From: Lama guanicoe
Lineage: Eukaryota
Reading direction: 5' to 3'
Assembly (NCBI GenBank): GCA_013239625.1
Contig: MU054187.1
Coordinates: 15,516,941-15,580,940, forward strand
DNA length: 64,000 nt
Shown here: piece after piece, positions 27,283 through 39,438 of the stretch
How positions within the stretch are numbered: the stretch's first letter is position 1
Layout: the number at the start of each line of letters is the position of its first letter
Notes under the pieces: model-generated
What the model was told of the DNA's origin: nothing
The model's input: only the letters and a program-made list of their open reading frames with translations
Database searches by the model: none
Made by a program: the position numbers and the translations under genes

Positions 27283-27750
27283 ATATAGGAGCATGTCAAT
27301 ATACAAGACAGATGTTAACAGACATAATGGGGAAATCAACAGTAACACAATAATAGTGGGGGGATTATCACCCCACTTACATCAATGGACAGATTATCCA
27401 GACAGAAAATCAATAAGAAAACACATGCCTTAAATGACACATCAGACCAAATGGACTTAATTGATACTTATAGAGCATTCCATCTAAAAGCAACAGAATA
27501 GACATTCTTTTCAAGTGCACATGGAACATTCTCCAGGATAGGTCGCATGCTGGGCCACAAAGCAAGCCTTGGTAAACTTAAGAAAACTGAAATCACATCA
27601 GGTGTCTTTTCCAAAGACAATGCCATGAGGCTAGAAATCAACCTCACGAAAAAAACTGCAGAAAACACAAACATGTGGAGGCTAAACGATATACTACTAA
27701 ACAGTCAATGGATCATTGAAGAAATCAAAGAGGAAATCAAAAAATACCTT
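27283..27750 (+). mobile_element. L1 ORF2 endonuclease-region segment, inverted relative to the adjacent 3' segment
   Basis: Decayed 'IGA...SNTIIVGD...PLTSMDRLSRQKINKKT...YTFFSSAHGTFSRI...MLGHKASL...WRLNDILLNSQWIIEEIKEEIKKYL' (partly ORF 27547-27789). Confidence 0.95.
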
Positions 27751-28734
27751 CATGTTTATGATTGTCAAAAAGTATTTGCGGCTTACTGATTTTAAACTTT
27801 GAAAGATAAAGTTTTTATTCCTGCCTATTCTACTTCAAAACTCTTATTATCTTGCCAAGGATTTACTGGTCTGTATATTCTTATTTGGAGGAATCGAATT
27901 TGAAGCTCAAAGCTTTAAAGACACCAGGGAAAGTCCATGCTTGGATAGAGCTGCCATAATCAGTCTCCATAGAGCAAGTAAGGATTGCCAAGTTTAATGA
28001 ATTCTCCTCACTGTGAAAGCAGTTTTGCAACAGTTGCAGAAAAACTTGTCCCAAAATTCTGTTTATAAACCAGAAGAGGCCTTTTTTTGTCATTGTAGTT
28101 TATCTGACGAAGTTTTGTCTTTTTTTTAAGTACTCTGGCTCTAAATTTGTGTGATTCTATCCCCAGCACCATTCTGCAGAATCACTGCCAGGTTCATTTA
28201 TAATCATGCTTTCAGTTTATGACATTCTCTGTGCTTTCTGGTTGGTAGTAACCACCTCTGGGCCATTTCCCTGGAACTGGGAAATCTTTTGGTACCTAGT
28301 ATGACTGTTTTCTTCACACCCTTACACTTGCCTTCTCTTACTGCTACTTGAGGAACTTCTGGTTCTATGTTTTTATGTATAAAGGATAGCTTACGCAAAT
28401 GTCTAAGAAGAAACACTCAGAATTTGAATAAAACTGAGATTTCTCTCAATGAAGGAAAATAGATTCAAGCAGCAATGTCAAATATTGTTTAAGCTGTGAC
28501 TGGTTCTGGGGGATGGTAGACAATGATGGAAACTACAATTAAATCCCTTCAAAGAACGCACTATAATAAAAATACATAGTTTATGTATTAACCTGACCGT
28601 GGTATGTGTATCTAGCATTTGGGGGATCTTCTAAAGTTAAAAATACCTCATTTGTTATTCCTGAGTTGATATATTATCAAAGTTAAAAATGTCAGTACCC
28701 TGAAATTAGCCTTGCTACCAAGTGTATTAATTAT

Positions 28735-29110
28735 TTCACTTAACATATACTTATTTAAAATCTACCATGGACTAGATAGATATGGTCTTGGTTGAGAAGG
28801 GTGTAGTAGTGAATGTGTAACTGTGCACTTGTGGAGCTTACATTCTAGTGGAGGAGGTAAACAATAAACAACAATTATATTAAGGCTTAGTTACATTTGT
28901 GAGAAATGCTATATATATATAAAAGAAATGCAGAGTTCAATGTGAGGACATAACATAATCATACCTGGTAAAGGAGGGAAGAAAAAAAGTAATAATAAGC
29001 TGAAATGAAATTTCAAAGAATGATTTAACTAAGTTAGTGAAAATCTCTGGGTAAAGAATTTTCAAGCAGAGAAAAGAGCACCCAGGGGCCAGTAGGAAAA
29101 TGGGGTGCAT
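28735..29110 (-). mobile_element. L2 LINE 3' fragment
   Basis: 'ttcacttaacatatacttatttaaaatctaccatggactag...cttgtggagcttacattctagtggaggaggtaaacaataaaca'. Confidence 0.55.
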
Positions 29111-30999
29111 TTGTTTCCTAGTGCAGCAGAACAAAGTGTCACAAACTGGGTGGATTAAAACTGCAATTTGCTCTCCTGCAGTTCTGCAGATACAGGTGAA
29201 AATAAAAGTTAACTTTAGACTTGGTTAGAAAGAAGAACATTTGGACATGCATGCTAAAAATTTAAGAGTTACACCTAAAATAATAGAAGACATAAGATTG
29301 AAGTAAAAATACAAGATTTTAAAAATTAATCTGTCATTAACAAAGGGAAAAAAGTGAAGAATAAGTATGGTAAACATAAAACCTTAATAATATGGTAGAA
29401 TTAAGTCCAAATATATCATAAGCCACATGAATATTATTCTTGCCTACTAAGGAACTGAAAATCTCAAATAATATTTTTGAAGTGTTCATTTTGGCTATCA
29501 TTACCAAAGAAACAATGAATTATGGGAGTTGAAGATACATTGGAAAGGTGAAAAAGTGTAAAGTTCAAGAAAAGTTCAGAGAACATTTCAGTGTCAGTGG
29601 TGAGAGTAGAAATGAAGTAAAATAGACATTTTAAGGAAACACATAGGAAGTAGGTTTAATAGTTGTTATATAATCCAAGGGGCAGAAACCCACTCCTACA
29701 TCTTACAACCTCCTGAAATTACTCTTGCCAGTGAACATTTAAAATAACAGACTGTAAGCCCCAGTCCCCCAAATGGAGAAATCTAGTTCCCCCTTTCTGC
29801 TTACAGTATTTCTCAAGATTTGTAAGTAACTAATATGTCTCTTAGTGATCTGATACTTACATCCTGTCTCCTCTGAATTCTGTCTTCATTATATACATTT
29901 TATGTCCCGTGAGTCTCTTTCCACTTTGCCTCGAATATGTCATAAAACTCATTTCTTCATTTCTAGTAACCAAAAATATTATAAAGCATTATTATGTATT
30001 ACACTTTTGTCCAAAATGGGGAGTGACAAAAGTGTGTAACAGAATAGCACCAAATTAAAAAAAAATTAGTCCTCCTTTACCTTAAGACTCCCTTAGACTA
30101 ACCTGACATCACGAGTTTATCCCTGGTTGTCATTATCCCTCAGGATTTGTCCCTAAACCACATGAATCATATGCACTTATGTCTCTTCCTTGGTTTCTTC
30201 TCACACCCATCCTCTTCAGATCTCATTCCCCTTTATGAGAAAGTTTCATTTTCTTCCACTTACCTCTCCATATTTTCCCCATCTTTCCCACAAACACAAT
30301 CTCTGGGTGTGATTCTGCATTCAGAATATTCACTCTCCTTACCTTGCTGTGATGGCTATTTTGCCTTGCAGAAGATAGAGAAATCATGAGGCAAAATATT
30401 TAGCAGAGTTGTTTAAACTTGTCCTTCCCTTTAACAGTTGTTCGAAATTGAGCGCATAGCTTGGAGGACAGAACAGGAAAATGTTCTGGGAGGTTTTCTT
30501 CTACTCCTGATTGCTGTGTGGTGCATTTCATGTATATGATATATGTTGTCATATGCACAGGGACACACACCCATATAAAGGCGTTAAGTTATTTTACAGT
30601 GATATTTGTTTTGTATTTGGGTGATATTTTTGGTATATTGAAAATCACTGAGTGATGGTATTTTTGATTGTTTTCTCCTTTAGAAACTATATTATCTTTC
30701 TTGTAATTTAGACTTTCTGGCTTTAGCTTTCAGGTCATATCATTTTAAGATCTCATATTATTCATATTCTCACTTTTAGCACTTTGATTTGAAATAAATA
30801 TTTGATTTGAAATTATATTTATTGTTTATACTCCTTTAACTTTCTAATATTTTAGACGATTTTTCCTCTAGCTCCTTAAAATAATAATTTTTATTCATTT
30901 CTTCATTTTAACATTTATTCTTTTTTAAAACTAAAAAGTAACAGGACATTTATTGGATTAAATGTACATATAATGTTAATTCGATTAGAGTTAATTTTC

Positions 31000-31283
31000 T
31001 TTTTTTTTTCATTCTCTGTGCTTTACAACATATCCTGTTGCTTATCTATTTATTAGTTTGCATAAGAGGTTGTATCTCTTAATCAGTCCTCTACTCCTAT
31101 CTTGCTTCTCCCCTTTTCCCTCTCCCCACTGGTATCCACTGGTTTGTTTTCTGTATCTATAAGTTTGTTTCTATTTTCCTATATACATTTGTTTGTTTTA
31201 TTTATTGGATTCCACATATAAGTGACAACATAGAGTATTTGTTTTTGTCTGACATTTCACTAAGCATAATACTCTCTTGGTCC
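31000..31283 (-). mobile_element. L1 3' UTR fragment (laurasiatherian/cetartiodactyl type)
   Basis: 'ctctgtgctttacaacatatcctgttgcttatctattt...ctccccactggtatccactggtttgttttctgtatct...gattccacatataagtgacaacatag...ttcactaagcataatactctcttggtccatctacattgttgcaaat'. Confidence 0.75.
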
Positions 31284-34129
31284 ATCTACATTGTTGCAAA
31301 TATTCATCCTTTAGATTTATCAGTTATCTATTTTCATTTATTACTAAAGCTCTTTAAAAGTGACAATTTTCAAAAAGTATTATTTTATTTCTTCTCTTAT
31401 CCCTTTGATTTCACCCCCTTTACCGTCACAAGTGTAGTAGTCTTACATTTTTGTCTTACTGATTTTGATATTTCTGTTTTATTATTTTTCTGATTTAAAA
31501 ATTTTTACATCTAATTTTAATTTCTTCTGATTTTAATTTTGGGCTTTGTTTTATGATTTTAACATTGTTAACTTTTTCTCATCTTTTACAGTGTAAAATT
31601 TAACAGTTCCATAGTTCCTGTGATAGGTGTGGAAGCTTCAAATGATGACAGAGATATATCTTCAAATACAGCACAATATCACAATAGGGGTGCTGTTGAA
31701 GAGGAAGTGATTAATTCCAGCTGATAGAACATAGGTGGATGGCAGATGAGATGGTATTTCAAGGGCAAAAGAGAATCTACTTCATTGGGGTCTTTCTAGG
31801 TGTCCAGCATGATGAAAGTGCTTCACTCTGATAAGACCCTTTATCTTCCCAACAATCAAGCATGGATGGTATTATTATAATCAATGTATAGATGACTCTA
31901 TTAGAGTTTCATGAAGGCTAATTTTTCCTGAACTGTCCAGCCAGTAAAAAATACAAACCATGTCCATCTGACTAATTTCTCCCTTCTTTGCTTCACATTT
32001 GTTTATTGAAATGGTGGGCCAGGCAATGACTGGGAGCTACTTTGAACCTAATTACTACCAAGTGAGCAGAACCAGAACCCACTAATGTATCAACTGTGAG
32101 GATAATGACATTCTTCATAACAATATCTTTGACCTAACGTGAGTAAGTCTGCTTACTCTTTCAGAGTGGCTGCGAAATGTAGGTGAGGGGCTTATCTTTT
32201 ATAGTTTACTGTATGTACTTAAGGTATTTTATACTTAGAAGAAAAAAGTGCAGAAAAGTTGTCATCTAGTGATTTTTTTCCTCTTATCAAAATTCAAATG
32301 TTTAAATCTCATCCACTAACATTGATAGAAAATGTAGTTCTACTTATTCAGTAAAGTAACAACTAATTGGAATCTAATTACCTTAAAAACATGTTCCTAG
32401 GAAACGTGTCCATCTCGTGAAATCTCTGAATTTGTCGTGAATTTTTGTTTAGAATTCTAAACTAGTACTAATATGCTCTTTAAGTTTTCCACTAGTTTAT
32501 AAACAATCTTGCTGGCCACAGAGTATTTATAGAGTATATGCCAAACTTAATTCAACTAAGAGCCTGGATTTGTTTTTCAGTGTTTTGAAAACTGCATAAA
32601 TTTTGATGATTGACAATCAGGGTGTGATTCTTTTTCCTGGACTGAAAAATAAATGAAACCTTTCTACTTTTAAATAATAAACACCCACAATTTAAACAGA
32701 GTAAGAGGACTTTGGTTATTTATTTTTTTAAGTGCATACACTATTAGAAAGTAGACCTAGAAGAAATAACCTTTTATGTTCATTTGATTTTAAAAATTCT
32801 CAGGAAAGATACTAATGACTTATGTTAATACTCTTACAGTTTCCCTAAAATTATCACTGCATTCCTTCTTAACCAAATCCATTAAATTCAGCATTAGTAT
32901 TAGTGTAGATTCAAAATTTTTCTGATATTACCATGTGGGTTAACTTGTCAAGTAAACAGCATATGTGACTTACACTGTTAAGTTATATGTATTGATTCTG
33001 ATACATATTACCCCTCAATGCATATTTCTATATGACTATTGAATATTATCTATAATATATAGATTGTTAAATGAATTTTAAAGTAATTTGATTATTACTA
33101 ACAGCATTTTGGGATTATAAAACTATTTCAACAATTTTGTAACTTTCTTAATTTTTTCATTGGCAAGCAGACACCAAGATTTTTAATAATGCTTTAAAAA
33201 ATCCATATTAGTCAGTTAGTGAAAGCCATATGCAGTTTAGGTAAAGCAATAAGGAATGTCAAAAATGATGAAAAATCACAAATATTATGATAGTGAATCC
33301 TGAAAAGAAATACTTAGCCTATGACAGTATAAACCATATGTGGAGAATAAACCACATTTCATTAGATAAAAAGACTATCCAAGTTTTGGTTTATCCAGGA
33401 AGTTAACTATTTTTGTTCAATCATGGTATGTCTCCTTAGTTCAGGGTTCTAGTAACTGCCCCAGATATCCTTTCATTTCTTTTTCTCTATCTTTATTTTA
33501 TTTGCTTTATTTTTGCTTTTTTTGTATTGTTGTTGCCCATGTATTCTCTGAGTTGGCTCTAGGAATTTGAGGGAAATTGCTTATAAAAAAATCACTACTA
33601 CTTTTAGTACAATTAAAATTACCCAAAATAAGTGTTATAAACCTACTTATTAAAAACAAACAAACAAAAAAGCTGAATAGACTGCAACATGAAAAGCACA
33701 GCAGAGAAATAATGAGAGCCATGCATGTCCATCACTTATCCAGTCCCTCACTCCTGGTCCTTAATTAGAATAATCCCAGGATAGTGATAGCTGGCAAATG
33801 GGTACATCATTAGTTACTCCTTTCAGATAATGATTTGACTTCATTGGTGTCCTCGTCAGTCTCTTATTTTCAGGTTGATATAGAATCTGTGGTGTGGACA
33901 GAGAATATGGGCAATAGTGTGGGTATCAGGCATCATCTCAACACAAAATGCAGCAACCTTGCACCCTTTCCAGATTTCATCCCAGCTACTCTGTTCCCCC
34001 AAGGCCCTCTGCTCTCCATCAGGTCTTCTCTTTAATGTCATTGGATTAGAATTGGGGACAAAGGGCTTCTAAAATAGATTCATCAGATTTGGCCCTTTGT
34101 TATGGCTTTTAGCCTGTTACTGTTAAATT

Positions 34130-34470
34130 TTTTATTTGTAAATGATAGAAAATCAAACTAGCTTATACCCCCTTTCTCAGTTGTTACCTCACAGAATGGA
34201 AACAGGTAAGGGTGACCCATTCCAGCATGGCAGGATTCAGGGATGCAGATAACAGGACGCATCCTCCAGTTCTGTGCTGTGCATTCCTTTGTTGTTGGCT
34301 TCATTCTCAACTGAAAATGATCACCAGCAGCTCAAGACATATCGCCTTTGCAGTAATGGTCCCAAATCAAACAGAATGCCTTTCTCAGTTATTCCAATAA
34401 AATACCTATGGCTGATTGCTCTAGTTTAAATCATGTTCCCGTCTATGCCCCAATATCTCCAATTGGTCAG
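34130..34470 (-). mobile_element. MLT1K/L-like MaLR LTR remnant
   Basis: 'tttgtaaatgatagaaaatcaaactagctta...cagcatggcaggattcaggg...tgttggcttcattctca...atgatcaccagcagctcaagac...aatcatgttccc'. Confidence 0.55.
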
Positions 34471-34619
34471 CTCTTGATTTATACCCAAGTTTGTGTATAC
34501 ACGTTTTCAAGCACTGGGTTATTTCTGAATTTAGTTTTGTAGGTAAATTCCTAAAGTGATGTTTTTTCATTAGAGCATATGAATGTTTGTGTAACTCTTA
34601 GTTCACATTGACAAATTTA

Positions 34620-34850
34620 TTTCCTGAGTTGCCCTATTTTTAAATATTCTCTTAGGCTCTCTTCATCTAATTCTACATATTCTCCCATAGCAAACTAATA
34701 TAGTCCTTTGGCTTTAATTACCATCTTTAGTCAAATGGTTGGTAAACCTGCATATCTAAATTGAGAATCCTGAACTCCTGACCTCCGGGTCTAGTGGCAT
34801 ATTGACATCTCTACTTGGCTGTCTCACTGGGCTTCAAATTCAGAACATGT
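34620..34850 (+). mobile_element. L2 LINE fragment
   Basis: 'ggctttaattaccatct...cctgaactcctgacctccgggtctagtggcatattgacatctctacttggctgtctcactgggcttcaaattcagaacatgt'. Confidence 0.55.
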
Positions 34851-36307
34851 GCAGAAGATACACATAGTGATATTCCTGTTCAAAGGTGTGGGCTCGGTTG
34901 GCATTGTTTTTCTTTTTCCCTTTGTTTCTCAGGAGTCCTTTCATTAATGCCTTTAATACATGAAATCATAGCATCTCCGCAGAGGTGGTTGGGATGCCTA
35001 GCTAAGTTTCCCCACTGATAATTCTCCTTCTTTCTGAAGTAGAGCTTACATTCAAGGCCATTATAAAAATGAGTGCTGTGTATCTGCCTTTTGTTTTTTT
35101 TGACAATCCTGGTCATCAAAAAAAAAAAAAGAAATATAGTAAATCTTCACTGTATATGAAGTATACTGTATATAAAGTCCTTCATGTTGACTTAAAATAA
35201 TTATTTATAAGTAAAGTCTTACTATGGAAGAATTTAAGAAGTGAAATTAAAGAAATCACAATATAAAAAGTGCTTGCTGTTTTATAAACTCAGATAACTT
35301 AATGTACAAAAACATTTCCTGCTCCCTTGAATAAAAAGTAAATTAAATTAAATCAAATCATAATGTGGAAGGAGATGAAAACAAAGACAATAAACAAAGG
35401 GATTTAATTCCTATATAGGCATATTTTTGGAATGCTCGTGTTTATGTTTCCTGTCAAGTATTGTGTTAATAGCAGAAAGCTTAATCTAATACCAATATAG
35501 AAAGCCACACCTTCCTATATAATTGGATTTTTTGTTGTTATTTGATTTTTTTATATTTATAAAGTTTTACAATATCATTTTAGAATGGAGGCATCTTATA
35601 TTCTCTATTTTTTCCTAATGGTCACTTTGAAAAGGAACAGCCACAATAATGTTTCTCATCAACATTAGCACTGATATAGCTTGGAATTTTTTTTTTAATG
35701 TACTGAATTTGCAAAGAGCTGTTTATTCATTTACTGAATAATTATGACAAATCCCAAATAAATATTCTAATAGATTCTATAACTCTCTTTTGTAACTCAT
35801 TAATTCTTCAAAAGTATACTGAACTCTTGTTAATGTTCATGATTTCATACTTATTGTGGCTCCGCTGGCTAGGAGAATTCAGGAGTTTGATTAAGGCTTC
35901 TTCTGGTCTGTCAGTAGGAGTAGACAGATAGTAAGCTGCTCAAGTTCTTTTTTATTTTTTATGTGAACAGTGGAAGTCAAAACAGTCTACTAATCTGAAT
36001 CATATCCTTCTGCCTTATAGTCATTTCATGTTTATAGAGGTATATTTTCTATCAAATGTAGGGCTGCATGAGTAATTAAATCATACCCTCTGGGTTGTCA
36101 GAAACCTACAGCAAATTGATGGGAAATAGCACAAAAATTTCTCAGTGTAAGATGAAATGAGTGAAAATATAACATAAATACTTATTCTTCTGGAATAATT
36201 TATAAAAATGCCAATTTTATATTCATGGAAATCTTCAAATTTGGCAACTCTGCAAAGTTATTTGGTAGAAAGCAAGCAATAAAAAATTATTTGGTAGAAA
36301 ATGAGCA

Positions 36308-36372
36308 ATAAACCTTTAATTTGTGAAAAACAATACCTGTGAAGCACAATAAAATGAAATAAAAGGAAGTGT
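36308..36372 (+). mobile_element. Tigger2/MER44-like terminal fragment (TcMar-Tigger)
   Basis: 'aaacctttaatttgtgaaaaacaatacctgtgaagcacaataaaatgaaataaaaggaagtg' resembles the recalled Tigger2 3' terminus. Confidence 0.5.
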
Positions 36373-37544
36373 TTCTGGTTATCACTTCCGACTTATAAAA
36401 TCTCATAGCCAACTAGAAAGAAATCATAGGTTGAAACTATTAAAGGAAATTAGCCAACCTCACCATGCATTATACATGCAAGGTTGAAGGAAACTTAAGT
36501 AGTTCTTTTCAGTGGATACTTTTGCATCATTTTTCTCTTCTTTTCTCTTATAACTGTGGAGACTGTAACATTTTTCCTGTTGGCAAGAAGACTCTACATG
36601 TAAGTCAGTTGCTTGTGTCTCTGTGACCAACAGTGATAGGCTCTCAAGAACAGTGTATACATGTGCTGACTGCTGAAGCTTCCTTGCCACTAAGATTCAC
36701 AAAAAACAGATATATTGTATTAAAATAGCTGCTGGTGGATACAAACTATTTGAAATATGAAGCCCTGAATTTAGTACAATTAACAGAGGGAATTCTTATT
36801 TTGAAGGACAAAGCAAAAAATTAAAGTTATAAAAGATATCATAGAAGCTTACTACTGTTTAGCAGTATCTCCATTTCTGTATTCATGTAAAACTTGTTTT
36901 ACATGCTATGAAGTTATAATTTAGGTAAAAACATCAGTGCCTATGAGAGATGATAGACTTCTATGTCAGAATCATTTAAGATGACCGAGGTAATAGTCTA
37001 TGTAAACCAAATATCAGATGAGTCATGAAAACTACTGATTCATGATGCAGGCAGCCCATGACCCCTACCTAGTGTGTGTGTTCTGCTGTGCTAATGTTCA
37101 TAGTTGTCACAGACTGATTTTTAAAGTGTTAAAATTTTCAACTTCTATGAAATCTCAGTAAAAGGATCACAAGACCTGAGCCAGTGTAAAATCACTGCAT
37201 TTTCTATATAAATATTTTCTTGTTTTTTCCCCTCAATGCTGCTTAGCTAGAAAAGAACAGAAATACAAATACTCGTCTATATTTACAACTTGATTTTAGG
37301 TTAAAAATGATCACTCTATCATAAGAAACTACTAGCTAACTATGTGTTAAAGGAAAAGCAAAATTACTTATGGAAACAACAATTTAAAATGTAACATGGT
37401 AAACACAACAATAAAAGCGCGATTCAGTTCTAATATGTGTCTTTTAAGATCCTAAACAAATTTGCCTAGGTAGGTGTCTTTCCATTTGACCTTCTAGATT
37501 TGCTCTCTTTTCTTTACTTGCCCCTTTCGTGCTTCTTAGGAAGC

Positions 37545-37885
37545 ACCCTGCTTACACTAAATGAACCAGATGCTCTGACTCCCCCTTTGGTTCAGCCAAA
37601 GGGGGCACCACCGGAAGTGGCAGAGGGGAAGGAGAGTGAGTGAGGTCAGGCCACTTATTCCCTCCTCTCTCGCATCAGAGTCACTGCAGGCTGTCTGCGG
37701 TCCCAAGCTGAAGGTCCCCGCAAAAGTCGGCCCCTTCAACCCAGTGTTCTCTCACCCAGTGCTCTTAACTGTTCCCACCCTTATCCTTAGGTGGGAAAAT
37801 AATGACTCCCAGCTCTTTTAGCCCCTGAAGTATTCCACTATTCTTGTGTTTTTCATAAAGCTTACCAATGCCTTTTCAAAAACAT
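37545..37885 (+). mobile_element. LTR33-like ERVL solo LTR remnant
   Basis: 'ggttcagccaaagggggcacca...cagaggggaaggagagtgagtgaggtcaggccacttattccc...ctgaaggtc...tagcccctgaagtattccactattcttgt'. Confidence 0.65.
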
Positions 37886-39262
37886 ACTTTTTAATAATCT
37901 CTTCAAATGAATATATGACTTTTATTTCTTGCTGGGACCCTTGCTGATGCACAGGTAACAGATATCCAGGAATCTGGTGGCCATTCTTGTTATCAAACAT
38001 GGAAATACAAGTATCTACTCAAAATTTAGAATGTATTAAATATAGCCTGTTATTTATGGAATATAACCAGAGATTCTCTATGCAAAAATTATTCTTTAGA
38101 AAACTCTATTTAATCTTGTAGAAAAAAAAAAAGTCAAGAATAATCTTTCTAGGATTTGGTTGATCTGGCATTTTCTCAGTCTTCCCAGAAATTATCAAAA
38201 TATTATTAGATTTTTCATGTTTATGAAACCATTTTTCAATGACTGAATGATGTTTGGTACAAGGAAGCCTCACTATATAATAGACTTTGCAATTTCCAAA
38301 TGAAAATTTATTTTGATTTTTAGCCAGTTGACTTTGCAAATGTGTAAAATACTTGGCCATTATCAATTTCACTAAAATTTGAACTTTGCCAAAACATATA
38401 TTTGGTCTAAACCTGTATTATTTCCTTTTTAAAGGTTTGGGTTAAATGAAATATTTCACATCTATTTTATCTTTATATTTTTCATCCCTTTAACTAAAAA
38501 ACGTGCTTTTTAAATCTTCTTTTTGTAGGTTACTTTTCATTAACTGATGTCACTGTTTCCTATGAAAGTACTTATCCGGTCTTTATACTAAGTCTTTGAA
38601 GTCAGAAGTGTTTGTTTCTCTTCATTTCACTAAAGTTGAATATTCAACAGAAAGAAGTTGATTAATTTGGATGGTTATTAGTATCATCAGTGTCACCTTT
38701 CTGTGTCTAAGGGCTTCTCTGATGTTCCCTGACTTCTCATCCAGTTTATCCTCTGAATCAACTCTCTCCTTGCCTGACTTTTCACATTAATACATATTTT
38801 TATATCTGTTTAAAATTTTCTAACTTCACTTCAGATCATAATGTTCTGAGATGGCCGGCCTGGACAGAGCCTGAATCTTTGATTTCCCTGAGAAAGGAAA
38901 TAAATTTAAACAAGTTTTAATGAGTACCCACTGTGAACTATACTGGACATTAGACCAGCATCACAGCTAGCCACTTAGTGCCTTTTCACAATTTAGAGAA
39001 AGCCTCCCTTTTCCTCTAATGGTTGCAGCTCTTCACTAAGGCACACACATTGGGCTTCCGCCACCAGTGACCACCGTGCCTGGAGCAGTGCACATACAAC
39101 ACAACCACACATGGGCAGTGCTACACTGAGAATAAAACAAGGTAAATTAGATGCTGGCTTTGCTTTTGAAGAATTCACTGAATTCAGCAGACAAGAATGT
39201 ATGAAAAAATGTAGTGTTAAAAATACCATCTATAATCAAGGCATGAAAAATATGTGCTATGG

Positions 39263-39438
39263 CAAAATGTTATGATAAATCACAGAGAAAAAAATGTGAC
39301 AATGAGTGTGTATATGTCCATGAATGACTGAAAAATTGTGCTGAACACTGGAATTTGACACAACATTGTAAAATGATTATAAATCAATAAAAAAGTTAAA
39401 AAAATTAAAATAAAAAAATAAAAACCAAAAAAAAAAAA
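39263..39438 (+). mobile_element. Young, severely 5'-truncated L1 (camelid-type 3' end) with polyA and 18-bp TSD
   Basis: 'cacagagaaaaaaatgtgacaatgagtgtgtatatg...tgtgctgaacactggaatttgacacaacattgtaaaatgattataaatcaataaaaa' plus A-tail; perfect direct repeat GAAAAATATGTGCTATGG at 39245-39262 and 39439-39456. Confidence 0.92.

Noticed and set aside
26314..27674. ORFs antisense to L1 ORF2 (26314-26646, 26922-27176, 27468-27674)
   Set aside because: Common stop-poor antisense frames of L1, not genes.
27891..27977. Exon-like stretch ending CAA|gtaagg
   Set aside because: Weak GAG acceptor and no recognisable peptide.
37594..37610. CTCF-like GCCAAAGGGGGCAC
   Set aside because: Only the 3' half fits the consensus and it is explained by the LTR33-like sequence.
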